A stretch of 32,000 bases of DNA from a cyanobacterium endosymbiont of Epithemia turgida isolate EtSB Lake Yunoko (GCF_000829235.1 NZ_AP012549.1:1530001-1562000), one strand, 5' to 3'; shown: positions 1 through 9,876, counted from the stretch's first letter. The notes: a model not told the origin generated them from the letters alone. Numbers and translations are program-made.

Positions 1-457
1 TAGTCGAAAATTTATATTCGATTTTAATTAAACTTCTTGAAGTCTACAATATTATTTGACAATGGACACTCTGAGTATCTATAAACAATTTAGGCATTAT
101 TAGCTATATCCTTGCACTAGAGAGATTTATAAATACATCCCTAACCATTTTTTCAAACATCTATAGATAGTGTTCTATCAGATATAGAGCAGACTTACCC
201 ATGATCCCTTATAAATTGAGTCAATCTTTCAGAAAGTCATGCTAAATTACCTAACAAGATGGATGAAAAAATTTACTGAAACTTTTTATTATCCTAATTA
301 ATAGCCTTCTATTGGATCCTAAAATGTTCAAAAGGCAAGTCAATTCTTTATGCTATAAGCTAATTAACATAGGAATTTCAGACACTATTAACTGATCTAG
401 ACTTTGTTATAGTCCCGATTTTTTGCTACACTCGCTCGATTAGACTGAACTATTATT

Positions 458-3076
458 ATGCCAACGCTTGTTATCGTCGAATCTCCGACTAAAGCTCGTA
501 CCATTAGAAACTATCTACCCAAAGGGTATCGCGTCGAGGCATCTATGGGGCATGTACGAGATCTCCCTGCCTCAGCTGAGGAAGTTCCCGCATCATATAA
601 GGAAAAAAGTTGGTCAAACTTAGGAATTAACATTGAGAATAATTTTGAGCCACTTTATATCGTTCCCAAAAATAAGAAAAAAGTGGTTCAAGAACTTAAA
701 TTTGCTTTAAAAGAGGCCGATGAGTTAATTCTTGCCACTGACAAAGACCGTGAAGGGGAAAGTATCAGTTGGCATTTGCTACAGCTACTCAAGCCCAAAG
801 TTCCTATCAAACGTATGGTTTTTCATGAAATTACTCGTGAAGCCATACAACAGGCGTTGAATAACTGCCGTGATATTGATAAGAATTTGGTTCATGCCCA
901 AGAAACAAGACGAATTTTAGATCGTTTAGTTGGTTATACGGTTTCTCCGCTACTTTGGAAAAAAATTGCTCGCGGTCTCTCCGCTGGACGAGTGCAATCA
1001 GTAGCAGTTCGTCTGTTGGTGCAACGGGAGCGAGAACGCCAAGCTTTCCAGTCAGGAGGATACTGGAATCTCAAAGCTTTATTAGAAACAGAAGATAAGA
1101 ACTCCTTTAATGCTAGGTTAGTGACCCTAAAGGACAAGAAAATTGCTACAGCCAACGACTTCGACCCCAGTACTGGAAATATCACTCAGGGACGAGATGT
1201 AGTTCTTCTTGATGAAGATAAAGCTTATACTCTTAAATATCGCTTAGACGGGAAGCATTGGACTGTTAGCAATACAGAAGAAAAACCCACAACTCGCAAA
1301 CCTGCCCCTCCTTTTACTACCTCTACTCTTCAACAGGAATCTAACCGAAAATTAGGAATTTCAGCACGGGATACGATGCGGATTGCCCAAAAACTTTATG
1401 AAGAAGGGTATATCACTTATATGAGAACAGATTCTGTCCATCTATCTGATCAAGCTATTACTGCTGCGAGAAACTGTGTTGAACAAAAATATGGCAAAGA
1501 ATACCTTAGCCACAAACCTCGTCAATACACAACTAAAAGTAAGGGAGCCCAAGAAGCACATGAAGCCGTTCGTCCCGCAGGAAATGAGTTTTGCACTCCT
1601 CAAGAAACAGGATTGTCAGGCAATGAGTTTTCCCTTTATGACTTAATTTGGAAACGTACTGTGGCCTGTCAAATGGCTAATGCTAGTTTAACCCAAATCG
1701 TTATTAGTCTTAAGGTAGAAGACGCAGGCTTTCGTGTTTCAGGTAAACGGATTAATTTTCCAGGTTTTTTCCGCGCTTATGTAGAAGGGTCTGATGATCC
1801 TGAAGTAGCTTTAGAAAACCAAGAAATAATCCTTCCATTTCTACAAGTAGGAGATCATCCTACTTGTCAACAATTAGACGTTTTAGGACATGAAACCCAA
1901 CCCTCTACTCGATTTACCGAAGCATCTCTTGTAAAAATCCTCGAAAGTGAGGGAGTCGGTCGTCCGAGTACCTACGCCAGTATTATTGGGACAATTATTG
2001 ATCGTGGTTACGCTCAAATGCGCAGTAAAGCCTTAGTCCCGACGTTTACCGCTTTTGCAGTGGTAAGTCTATTAGAGCAACATTTTCATGATTTGGTGGA
2101 TACAAAATTTACCTCAAAAATGGAACATACCCTCGACGAAATTGCTACTGGAGAAACTCAATGGGTACCATATCTCAAGGATTTTTATTTGGGGGAGAAA
2201 GGATTAGACAATCTGGTTCAACTGGGTATTGAAAACATAGATCCTGCGGTTGCTAAGGCTGTTAACCTAGATAACCTAAAGGTTACTATTAAACTTGGAA
2301 AGTTTGGACCGTATATTGAGATGATACAAGAAGGAGAAGTGATTACCGCTTCAATTCCCATAGATTTAACTCCCGCTGATCTTAATCCTGAACAGATATC
2401 CTTGATTCTTAAGCAAAAAATAGAAGGACCTAAAGAATTGGGTTTACACCCTGAAACAGGCGAATCTATCTATGCTCTTATTGGGAGTTATGGTCCCTAC
2501 GTTCAGTTGGGAGAAGTTAGCGAGAATAATAAGAAACCCAAACGCACCTCCTTACCTAAAGAAATGAAGCTTGAAGATATCACTCTAGAGAAAGCTCTAG
2601 GATTGTTATCTCTTCCTCGTCTGCTGGGAAATCATCCTGATACGGGAGCCAAAATCAAAGCAGGTTTAGGGCGTTTTGGTCCTTATATAGTTCATGATCA
2701 AGGGAAAGAAGGTAAAGACTATCGTTCCTTAAAAGCGGAGGATGATATTTTGACGGTTAACCTAGAACGATCTTTAGAATTATTAGCACAACCAAAGCGA
2801 ACTAAAAGAGGTGGTCGAGGGGACAAAAAACCGCTGCGAGAATTAGGAATCCATCCTGAAGACAAAGAAGCCATTAACCTTTATGAGGGTCCTTATGGCC
2901 TCTATGTCAAACACGGCAAGGTTAATGTTGGTCTTCCCGAAGGAGAAAAAGTGGATACTTTAACTCTAGAAACAGCATTAGAATTGTTAGCAACCAAAGC
3001 AACAACTAAGAAAAAAATAACCAAAAATAAAACTACTAGTAAAAACACAAAATCAACAGTCGACAATAATAAATAA
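458..3076 (+). CDS. topA: DNA topoisomerase I (type IA)
   Basis: 872-aa ORF with ATG start. N-terminal Toprim signature MPTLVIVESPTKARTI, acidic DxD-EG motif (ATDKDREGE) and active-site Tyr region GYITYMRTDS. Four C-terminal GPY repeats (KFGPYIEM, SYGPYVQLG, RFGPYIVH, GPYGLYVKHG) and a Lys-rich tail. Confidence 0.95.
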   Translation: MPTLVIVESPTKARTIRNYLPKGYRVEASMGHVRDLPASAEEVPASYKEKSWSNLGINIENNFEPLYIVPKNKKKVVQELKFALKEADELILATDKDREGESISWHLLQLLKPKVPIKRMVFHEITREAIQQALNNCRDIDKNLVHAQETRRILDRLVGYTVSPLLWKKIARGLSAGRVQSVAVRLLVQRERERQAFQSGGYWNLKALLETEDKNSFNARLVTLKDKKIATANDFDPSTGNITQGRDVVLLDEDKAYTLKYRLDGKHWTVSNTEEKPTTRKPAPPFTTSTLQQESNRKLGISARDTMRIAQKLYEEGYITYMRTDSVHLSDQAITAARNCVEQKYGKEYLSHKPRQYTTKSKGAQEAHEAVRPAGNEFCTPQETGLSGNEFSLYDLIWKRTVACQMANASLTQIVISLKVEDAGFRVSGKRINFPGFFRAYVEGSDDPEVALENQEIILPFLQVGDHPTCQQLDVLGHETQPSTRFTEASLVKILESEGVGRPSTYASIIGTIIDRGYAQMRSKALVPTFTAFAVVSLLEQHFHDLVDTKFTSKMEHTLDEIATGETQWVPYLKDFYLGEKGLDNLVQLGIENIDPAVAKAVNLDNLKVTIKLGKFGPYIEMIQEGEVITASIPIDLTPADLNPEQISLILKQKIEGPKELGLHPETGESIYALIGSYGPYVQLGEVSENNKKPKRTSLPKEMKLEDITLEKALGLLSLPRLLGNHPDTGAKIKAGLGRFGPYIVHDQGKEGKDYRSLKAEDDILTVNLERSLELLAQPKRTKRGGRGDKKPLRELGIHPEDKEAINLYEGPYGLYVKHGKVNVGLPEGEKVDTLTLETALELLATKATTKKKITKNKTTSKNTKSTVDNNK

Positions 3077-3097
3077 TGGATCTACTAGACTTAAGTT

Positions 3098-3124
3098 TAA
3101 GCGGCAATTAAAAATTGTCGCTTA
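3098..3124 (+). terminator. Hairpin 22 nt downstream of the topA stop (12-bp stem including one G-T pair, aaa loop); no U-tract follows
   Basis: taagcggcaatt-aaa-aattgtcgctta read directly. The missing T-run makes an intrinsic terminator role uncertain. Confidence 0.3.
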
Positions 3125-3626
3125 AATCAAACAGGAGTAAAACAATACAACATAAGCTTGTCTTCATCAGCTTATAGTTGGGCTATGAAGACAGACTTAA
3201 TTTTATAGAAATCAGGCTTTAGCTTGTATTCAATTCTAAAAGTTCTTCTCTTATCATTATTTAGTTTAAAACTATTCCATTAACATAACTCATTACAAAC
3301 AATAAGGATTGATACAAAAGATAGTAAGAATGTGAGGAGTTAGGTAGTAAACTATTATGGACATTGTCCAAATTGCTTTAAAATACCCCCTGTTATCAAA
3401 GTCGAGGGTTTAGAAAATGTAGTTTACGGACTGAGCCGATAAATTAAGAATGAAGGGAAGTATGTCAAACTAATTTTTCAAATGTAAATTATATATGCTA
3501 AGCTCTCATTTGAGTACTCCATCAAGTTTATGCAAAGAGAAGTGTTGCACCTCCTATCTTATAACTGTTGTAAATTCAGTAGCATGTGGTTAATGGAGAT
3601 GATTTACCTAATAATTAGTTTTAACT

Positions 3627-4361
3627 TTACGATAAAAAAGGTATCAAAAATTCTGCAAGTCCTAAATAGCGAATACTTTCAGGAGTAACTTCAAAACGAT
3701 AAGGTAATATTTTGACTCCCTGATTGACTGCTTTTCTTAAAAGCTTTCCATAAGTAGCATCAAAATTATCTCCAGGGGCAAAAGAATGACAATCTTTTCG
3801 ATTAATAAAATAGAGCATGATTGGTTTTGCATCTGGTAAAAGTGATATTAATTCTTTTAAATGTTTTTGTCCACGACTGGTGACAGTATCAGGAAAGAGA
3901 GCTATTGTTCCTTGACTAAGGGTTGTATTCTTCACTTCTATATAAATGGGAGACTTTTCCCCATCTTGTGTTAGGAGAAAATCAATACGACTTTTTTTAT
4001 TCCTTCCATAGGGAACTTCACAATGAACTTGGGTATATTGTCCCGCCAACTCTAGTAAACTTTGTTGTTCCAACGCGAGTTTAATTACCTTGTTAGGGAG
4101 AGCTGTATTAATTCCCACCCAAGTTCCCTCAACATTAATCATTTCCCAAGTGTAGGCTAATTTTCGCTTAGGGTTATCACTTTTAGAAACATAGACATGA
4201 CTTCCAACCTTACTCACTCCTATCATTGCCCCTGTATTTGCACAATGAGCCGTAATTATTTTCCCTGTTTCAAGTTCAATATCAGCTAGAAATCGCTTAT
4301 AGCGTCTAATTAGAATCCCTGAAATTAGAGGAGGATAAAAATAAACAAAATTAGAAGTCAT
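3627..4361 (-). CDS. sfsA: Sugar fermentation stimulation protein homolog SfsA (nuclease-fold DNA-binding protein)
   Basis: 244-aa ORF. RRYKRFLADIEL, HCANTGAM, SRIDFLL, YIEVKN and FPDTVTSRGQKHLKEL line up with E. coli SfsA as I recall it. Confidence 0.9.
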   Translation of the reverse strand: MTSNFVYFYPPLISGILIRRYKRFLADIELETGKIITAHCANTGAMIGVSKVGSHVYVSKSDNPKRKLAYTWEMINVEGTWVGINTALPNKVIKLALEQQSLLELAGQYTQVHCEVPYGRNKKSRIDFLLTQDGEKSPIYIEVKNTTLSQGTIALFPDTVTSRGQKHLKELISLLPDAKPIMLYFINRKDCHSFAPGDNFDATYGKLLRKAVNQGVKILPYRFEVTPESIRYLGLAEFLIPFLS

Positions 4362-5074
4362 TATTATTAATAATTAAAATAACTAAGTCAATGAACTTTT
4401 AAAAAGCATAAACTGAAATAGAAAGGTGCTTGAAAGAAAAAATTATTCAAATGCTAGCCTGCTTAAAAATATAGCTAACAGTATAAATAGCCAAAACTAT
4501 CAAGGTTGATTTGGAACCCCAAAATTTTATCTAAAATTATAGTAAAAGTAGAGATATTATATTTCTATTTTAAAATATAAAAAGTTGTAAATACTTGGAA
4601 TAATAGATGAAATTATTCAAATAGTACAATTTAAAAAAGAATGTTAAGATAGATTATCTGAGAGAGAGGAAAGTCATTGAATATTCTGAGAGATAGACAA
4701 AAAAACGAAATAATTCTAGAAAATTAACAAACAAAAAAGCAACGGTATATAGTGGAGTATTTAGACTCAATCAAAGTTTTAGTTGTATATATTTAGTCAA
4801 AAAACAGCTTGAGAAGGAAAATTTTTATTAAAATTTTAGATAGAGGAGTAGATGAAGCCCCAAATACTGCAAAGACAAGGGGATAAATACAATCATCGTT
4901 TTTGATGATGACAACTATATATAAGTAATTTAGTAAAACTACAGCTAAAATAATAAAAAGAAAAAAGATTCTATTTATTTTTTATGTGAACCTAATTAAT
5001 CAAGAACTGATTTTAATAAAGGCCAACGAAATTAGATAAACGAAATAATCTGTTTTTTCACCTTTCATTTAAAG

Positions 5075-5896
5075 CTACATACTTATTTGTTCACCTAATT
5101 GTTGGGATCGTTGATAAGCTGCTTGTACTGCTTCAAGAATAGCTGAACGAAATCCTGCCTTTTCTAATCGAGCTACTCCAGCAATGGTAGTTCCTCCTGG
5201 AGTAGTGACTTTATCTTTTAATTGGGCTGGATGTAACTCAGTATTTTTTAGCAATTGTACCGTTCCTAAAACTGTTTGTAACGCTAGCTGAATAGCAATT
5301 ACCCTCGGCAAACCGACAGATACTCCTCCATCAGCTAAAGCTTCAATCATCATTGCTACAAAAGCAGGTCCTGATCCAGATAGTCCTGTAACTGCATCTA
5401 TCAAAGACTCCGGCAGTTGTACCACTTCGCCAACTGCCTCAAAAATAGTAGTTGCTAACGTTAAGTGCTTGGGTTCAACCCTTTGTCCAGGAGAGATCGC
5501 GGTCATCCCTACCCCGACAGTGGCCGGCGCATTAGGCATTACTCGCAGCATTGGATATTTTGGAAACTCTGCTTCTAAGCGAATCAAGGGAACCCCAGCT
5601 AGAATAGAGATAACCAGAGGGTAAGGCTGAAGACGTTCTACTACATTTAGTGAAGTTAGAACCTGATCTAACACCTGTGGTTTAATGGATAACAATAACA
5701 CTTCTCCTGAATCAACTACTGTTTGGTTGTCTTCAGCAATATGAACCCGATAGATTTGTTCAAGAAATTTTCGTCGCTGTTGATCGGGTTCGCTAACTAA
5801 CACCTCATGAGGTTGATAAAGTTTTTGATTTAAAAGGCGGGATATAATAGCCTCTGCCATCATCCCGCCGCCGATGATACCTAATCTAATAGACAC
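5075..5896 (-). CDS. proC: Pyrroline-5-carboxylate reductase
   Basis: 273-aa ORF with GTG start. N-terminal Rossmann motif LGIIGGGMMAEAI, C-terminal VTTPGGTTIAG motif and ILSIKPQ. Lies downstream of sepF as in other cyanobacteria. Confidence 0.92.
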   Translation of the reverse strand: MSIRLGIIGGGMMAEAIISRLLNQKLYQPHEVLVSEPDQQRRKFLEQIYRVHIAEDNQTVVDSGEVLLLSIKPQVLDQVLTSLNVVERLQPYPLVISILAGVPLIRLEAEFPKYPMLRVMPNAPATVGVGMTAISPGQRVEPKHLTLATTIFEAVGEVVQLPESLIDAVTGLSGSGPAFVAMMIEALADGGVSVGLPRVIAIQLALQTVLGTVQLLKNTELHPAQLKDKVTTPGGTTIAGVARLEKAGFRSAILEAVQAAYQRSQQLGEQISM

Positions 5897-5984
5897 AAGT
5901 TTTAATTGAATTTAACTTAACGATCTAGCTCTCACCAAAACATTATAGTTACTATAACATCAACGTAACAGGAGCTTACATCTC

Positions 5985-6557
5985 TTATTGAACCATACGG
6001 CTGGAATCAGTTCCCCAACTAGGAGTAGGCGCTGAAGTGCGCGCAGAAGAGGGGTGAACTTCTGGTACATCATGAACCATCCCAGAAAGAGTACTGACCT
6101 TAATACAACTTGGTGTAAACAAGAAAATACTTTCACCTATTCTTTCTTGGTGTCCATCAATAGCATAAGTTCCACCTGCTACGAAATCTACAGCTCTTTG
6201 TGCTTCTTCGGGATCCATCACATTCAGATTAAGAACAACAGACTTACGCTCCCGTAAGATTTGAATAACTTGAGGCATTTCGTCAAATGAATGGGGTTCA
6301 ACTACTACTACTTCGGCAATACTACTAGGAATCCCCGGCATTCCGATAACATTATTCCTATTTGTCCCCATCTGTGGATCCGAGGCTAAATTCAAATCAC
6401 GATTGCGTGAAGATGGTTGAGCATAGTCTTTCCCTATAGAAGGAAGTTGCTGCTCTTCATCCATCTCCTTATAATCCTCTGAATCATAAGAATCGTATTC
6501 ATCATATACAGGTTCATCAATACCCACAATTCTTTTTAGCTTCTCTGTCAAAGACAT
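5985..6557 (-). CDS. sepF: Cell division protein SepF
   Basis: The ORF track begins at a TTG (6563). The ATG two codons in (6557) gives [12 protein letters not shown], the expected amphipathic N-terminus. Conserved C-terminal SepF domain: [29 protein letters not shown]...[31 protein letters not shown]. Confidence 0.85.
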   Translation of the reverse strand: MSLTEKLKRIVGIDEPVYDEYDSYDSEDYKEMDEEQQLPSIGKDYAQPSSRNRDLNLASDPQMGTNRNNVIGMPGIPSSIAEVVVVEPHSFDEMPQVIQILRERKSVVLNLNVMDPEEAQRAVDFVAGGTYAIDGHQERIGESIFLFTPSCIKVSTLSGMVHDVPEVHPSSARTSAPTPSWGTDSSRMVQ

Positions 6558-6740
6558 ATTCAAAATTTCCGTTTTTTACAAAGGGGTAACCGACCAAATA
6601 AGGAAAATAAAGCTTAAATAACAGTATTGTGTTCTTTAGCTCAAAATAGGACCTAGAGCGCCACTTAGTTTATTTTAAAGACTTAAGTCCTACGACATTG
6701 TTAAAACCAGTTCCTTTGGGTCCCGATGGCTCTACCATTC

Positions 6741-6795
6741 AGTCGTTTTGGTTCAATAAGTATGTTCTTAGTCGTTTTAGTTCAATAATATGTTC
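6741..6795. repeat. Imperfect tandem duplication, about 27 nt x2
   Basis: agtcgttttggttcaataagtatgttc / agtcgttttagttcaataatatgttc, adjacent copies in the pipY-sepF spacer. Confidence 0.8.
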
Positions 6796-6823
6796 CCCCG
6801 ATATAGATTTTCGAAAAATATTA

Positions 6824-6876
6824 TTTGACCAACTGTCTTAATATTTTAGGACATCTTTGACCAGCTGTCTTACATT
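6824..6876. repeat. Direct repeat of a 21-22 nt motif with 32-nt period
   Basis: tttgaccaactgtcttaatatt (6824-6845) and tttgaccagctgtcttacatt (6856-6876), about 19/21 identical. Confidence 0.8.
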
Positions 6877-7030
6877 CTAGAATATCAACTAACAAAGAGT
6901 TCTAACAAATGTAAAGAGTTTTTAAAATAGAAGGAATATGTTAGATTATGTAATTTTTTTCTTAGAATAAACACAAAAACACTTTTAACCAATTTTTTAA
7001 GATAATAGTGAAGGTAAACATCAAACACAT

Positions 7031-7687
7031 TTAATCTTTCTCACCAAAGATAATTCTTCCTAAGCGAATCATGGTTGCTCCTGCTTGTATAGCTAGTAGA
7101 TAGTCCCCAGACATTCCCATTGATAACTGATTGAGATCTAAGTTTGACTGTTTTTTAATTTTATGGGCTAAGTCTTTTACTTTTTTAAAAGTAGCTAAAA
7201 TTTCTGCTTGAGATAAACCTAAAGGCAAAATTGTCATCAGACCTTTTATTTTCAAGCTTTTACAGGTTTTTAATTCTGATAAGCCCGCAAAAAGTTCTTC
7301 TTCTTCCCAGCCATATTTATTAGGATCGGATAAAATTTTGACTTGAAGACAGACTTTAGGAGATAGAGAAGACTCAGCGGCAAGTCGATTAAGACGCTGA
7401 ACAATTTTAAGGTTGTCAGCCGAGTGAATCCAGTTAAAGTGCAAAACTGCTTTTTTTGCCTTATTTGCTTGTAAATGTCCGATAAAATGCCAACAAATAT
7501 CTTTTAAGTCGTCGAGTTGTTCTTGTTTTGATATGGCTTCTTGAAGGTGACTTTCAGCAAAGTCTCGTATTCCTGATTCATAAGCTGCTCGTATTTGAGC
7601 AACAGACACCTGTTTAGTGACAGCTATTAAACGAACATGAGAGGGTAATTGTTGACGAATTTGATTAAGACGTTGAGCAATAGTCAT
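7031..7687 (-). CDS. pipY: PLP-binding homeostasis protein, YggS/COG0325 family (PipY in cyanobacteria)
   Basis: 218-aa ORF with ATG start. LIAVTKQ contains the PLP lysine. Also FAESHLQE, WHFIGHLQANKAKK and LSMGMSGDY. Lies immediately downstream of the pipX relic and upstream of sepF-proC. Confidence 0.88.
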   Translation of the reverse strand: MTIAQRLNQIRQQLPSHVRLIAVTKQVSVAQIRAAYESGIRDFAESHLQEAISKQEQLDDLKDICWHFIGHLQANKAKKAVLHFNWIHSADNLKIVQRLNRLAAESSLSPKVCLQVKILSDPNKYGWEEEELFAGLSELKTCKSLKIKGLMTILPLGLSQAEILATFKKVKDLAHKIKKQSNLDLNQLSMGMSGDYLLAIQAGATMIRLGRIIFGEKD

Positions 7688-7738
7688 TGACCCACAAAAA
7701 TATTATAGTTTTGGCTTAAAGTTACATATACTAATTGA

Positions 7739-8008
7739 TCAAGGAAATGTTCGTTGACAAATTATCTGAAGTTCTTGATAATCTTGAAAAGTTCCTAAAC
7801 GACGTAAATTGCGCACACGAGTTTCTACCAATAGCCTAGCACCGGAACGACTTACTGGCTCAAAAAGCATGTCACTTGGCAAAATTTTTAACAAGAAAAA
7901 TAACCGTTAAGCATACAAGGTTGTAAATAACTCTTCATTATTATCTAATAGACACACTCTATAAAGTAGTCCGAAGGTGGGATGGTTGAAATAAGTTTCG
8001 TTGCTCAT
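7739..8008 (-). pseudogene. pipX: pipX (PII/NtcA-interacting protein X) interrupted by an in-frame TAA at codon 34
   Basis: My own minus-strand translation: MSNETYFNHPTFGLLYRVCLLDNNEELFTTLYA*RLFFLLKILPSDMLFEPVSRSGARLLVETRVRNLRRLGTFQDYQELQIICQRTFP*. It has 89 sense positions plus a terminal stop and no frameshift. The internal stop is at 7907-7909, where PipX has Gln in LYAQRLFF. The relic ends 51 nt upstream of pipY. Confidence 0.8.
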
Positions 8009-8288
8009 TCAAGTTCCTAAAAAAGTTTCTCTTTTTGAGACAATAGAAGAATAACTAAAGCTGTTCGTGTATGTCAACTAGACCTTCTGTCTATATAATC
8101 CTGACGAATTGTATAGTTAATGATTGTAACTATACAACCTAAATTCGACCTTAAAAGTTCTAGATACGGCCACATCGTGCTAGATGACAGATTTTTATTT
8201 TTTAGCTCTTTTTTTGACTGTAGTTTAGATTGGTTTCAAAAAAGTTATGGTAAATAATGGTTAGATATTTTATTTTTTAAAGTTTTTA

Positions 8289-8332
8289 AACTTCCATAAC
8301 TTAATTTTTATAAAAATTAAGTTATGGAAGTT
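8289..8332. repeat. 44-bp perfect palindrome
   Basis: aacttccataacttaattttta|taaaaattaagttatggaagtt, checked base by base. Lies in the spacer between the divergent pipX relic and the PstS-like gene. Confidence 0.9.
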
Positions 8333-8509
8333 ATTAGCTATTAATATATTAAATGCAGTCTATAAAAGTTTTATTTTTTATACTAAAAAGATTTAAAGGT
8401 TTTTTATTAGTTATGAATTCTTAAGAAAGTTCTTTGTGTTTAACTTTCGTCGAGACAGAACTTAATTACTTAAGTACAATTGGTCAGAAGTTGTTATTAA
8501 AGATAGATT

Positions 8510-9457
8510 ATGTCACAAAAAAATAAGGCCTTTGTGATCATTATGTTTTTTTTGATCACTCTCGGAATTTTAGGGGGAGTTTATTGGCGGTTTATTCAAA
8601 AAATTGGCGTTACTCGCCGAATTATTCTTTTTAGAATGACTATATTTTCTAAAAATAAAGCAATTACATCTGGTTCTCCTTTACCACCACCTCCTTTTCT
8701 TACCGATTCAGGAACTTTTTCTTTTCCGAAAAAAGTTCCTCCAGGAACTCTTATCAGAATTAGTAGCTCCATTGCTATGGTATTACTTAATCAAGCTCTA
8801 AAAAATAGTTTTGAACAACAATTCCCAGAAACTCAGGTAATTGTAAACACACAGGCATCGGATGAAAGTATTGACTTACTATTAAAAGGCAGTATTGATA
8901 TCGCAGCGATATCTCGTCATCTTACTAGTCATGAAGAATCCCAAGGATTGACCGCTCTTCTTATTGATAAAAATGTGCTCGCCATGGTAATTGGGGCTCA
9001 AAATTATTTTCGTGATGAGTTAAAAGAAGCTCAGGTAGTTGATATTTTTCAAGGAAAAATCATAAATTGGTTAATTTCAAAACGATCTCCAGGAGCCACT
9101 CAAGTGATTAATCACCCTTCTGCCAGTAGTACACGTCATATCTTTGAACAACTAATCTTAAAGGGGAGGAATTGTAGTAACACTCCTAACATCACCACTA
9201 CAACTCAAGAGACTACTACTTCTGTCTTACAGAATTTAGGCACTGATGGCATTAGTCATGAAACTTATCTTCAAATTAAAAATCCACAAGCAGTGCGAGC
9301 TGTTCCCACTGATTACCATACCCTTGAAGTCCCTAAATATCCTTATAGACGATCATTCTATTATGTTTACCGAAAACCTTCTTCAGAAGCAGTCAAAATA
9401 TTTTTAGGTTATGTATTTTCTCCTATGGGAGAGAAAATTATCAGCGATATTCAATAA
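8510..9457 (+). CDS. Membrane-anchored PstS-family (type 2 periplasmic binding fold) phosphate-binding-like protein, divergent
   Basis: 315-aa ORF with an N-terminal TM helix (AFVIIMFFLITLGILGGVYW). The PBP-like core includes LLKGSIDIAAISRHLT, VVDIFQGKIINW and YPYRRSFYYVYRKPSSEAVKIFLGYVFSP. The expected ligand-contact motifs look altered (see finding). Confidence 0.55.
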   Translation: MSQKNKAFVIIMFFLITLGILGGVYWRFIQKIGVTRRIILFRMTIFSKNKAITSGSPLPPPPFLTDSGTFSFPKKVPPGTLIRISSSIAMVLLNQALKNSFEQQFPETQVIVNTQASDESIDLLLKGSIDIAAISRHLTSHEESQGLTALLIDKNVLAMVIGAQNYFRDELKEAQVVDIFQGKIINWLISKRSPGATQVINHPSASSTRHIFEQLILKGRNCSNTPNITTTTQETTTSVLQNLGTDGISHETYLQIKNPQAVRAVPTDYHTLEVPKYPYRRSFYYVYRKPSSEAVKIFLGYVFSPMGEKIISDIQ

Positions 9458-9640
9458 GGTCATAAATTAAGAGCAAAGTATCATATGATCATTTATATGA
9501 CTTCTTTATAATTCATAATGGGATTTTTTTATAAACAGCAAAGGTCATGAAAAGTCTAATAAGGTTTATAGAAAATGGTGATTACTTCTTCCATAGTAAT
9601 TGTTTTAGAAATTAAATCTGTTCAAGTGTATAACCAGTTA

Positions 9641-9678
9641 AAAATAAAGTCTATACTGAGCAGTATAGACTTTATTTT
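9641..9678. terminator. 38-bp near-perfect palindrome (18-bp arms), A-run before and T-run after; looks like a bidirectional intrinsic terminator
   Basis: aaaataaagtctatactg-ag-cagtatagactttatttt. Lies 184 nt downstream of the PstS-like ORF. Confidence 0.5.
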
Positions 9679-9835
9679 TATTCTTAACTAGGATAATTAC
9701 AAACTAATTTGATTCTAGTATAAATTTACTGACAAAAATAGATATAAAGTTAGATATTTTTAAAATTATTTAGTTCTAATTACAAAGCTAGCTCTTATTT
9801 TAGCGAGTTTAACAAAGAGTTAAAATGAAAAAAGC

Positions 9836-9876
9836 AGTAGTTTTACTTATTTTCAAAGAAAATAAGTAAAACTACT
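9836..9876. repeat. Perfect 18-bp inverted repeat with a 5-nt loop (hairpin), followed by tttgttg
   Basis: agtagttttacttatttt-caaag-aaaataagtaaaactact. Confidence 0.8.

Noticed and set aside
722-748. The topA Toprim motif reads ATDKDREGE, where I expected the more usual ATDPDREGE.
   Set aside because: Both acidic residues of the DxD motif are retained. This is a conservative variant and not evidence of dysfunction.
934-1185. An 83-aa ORF antisense to topA.
   Set aside because: It is a shadow ORF inside a strongly supported gene, with low-complexity Arg/Ser-rich content.
6054-6257. A 67-aa ORF antisense to sepF.
   Set aside because: It is a shadow ORF inside sepF with no recognisable motif.
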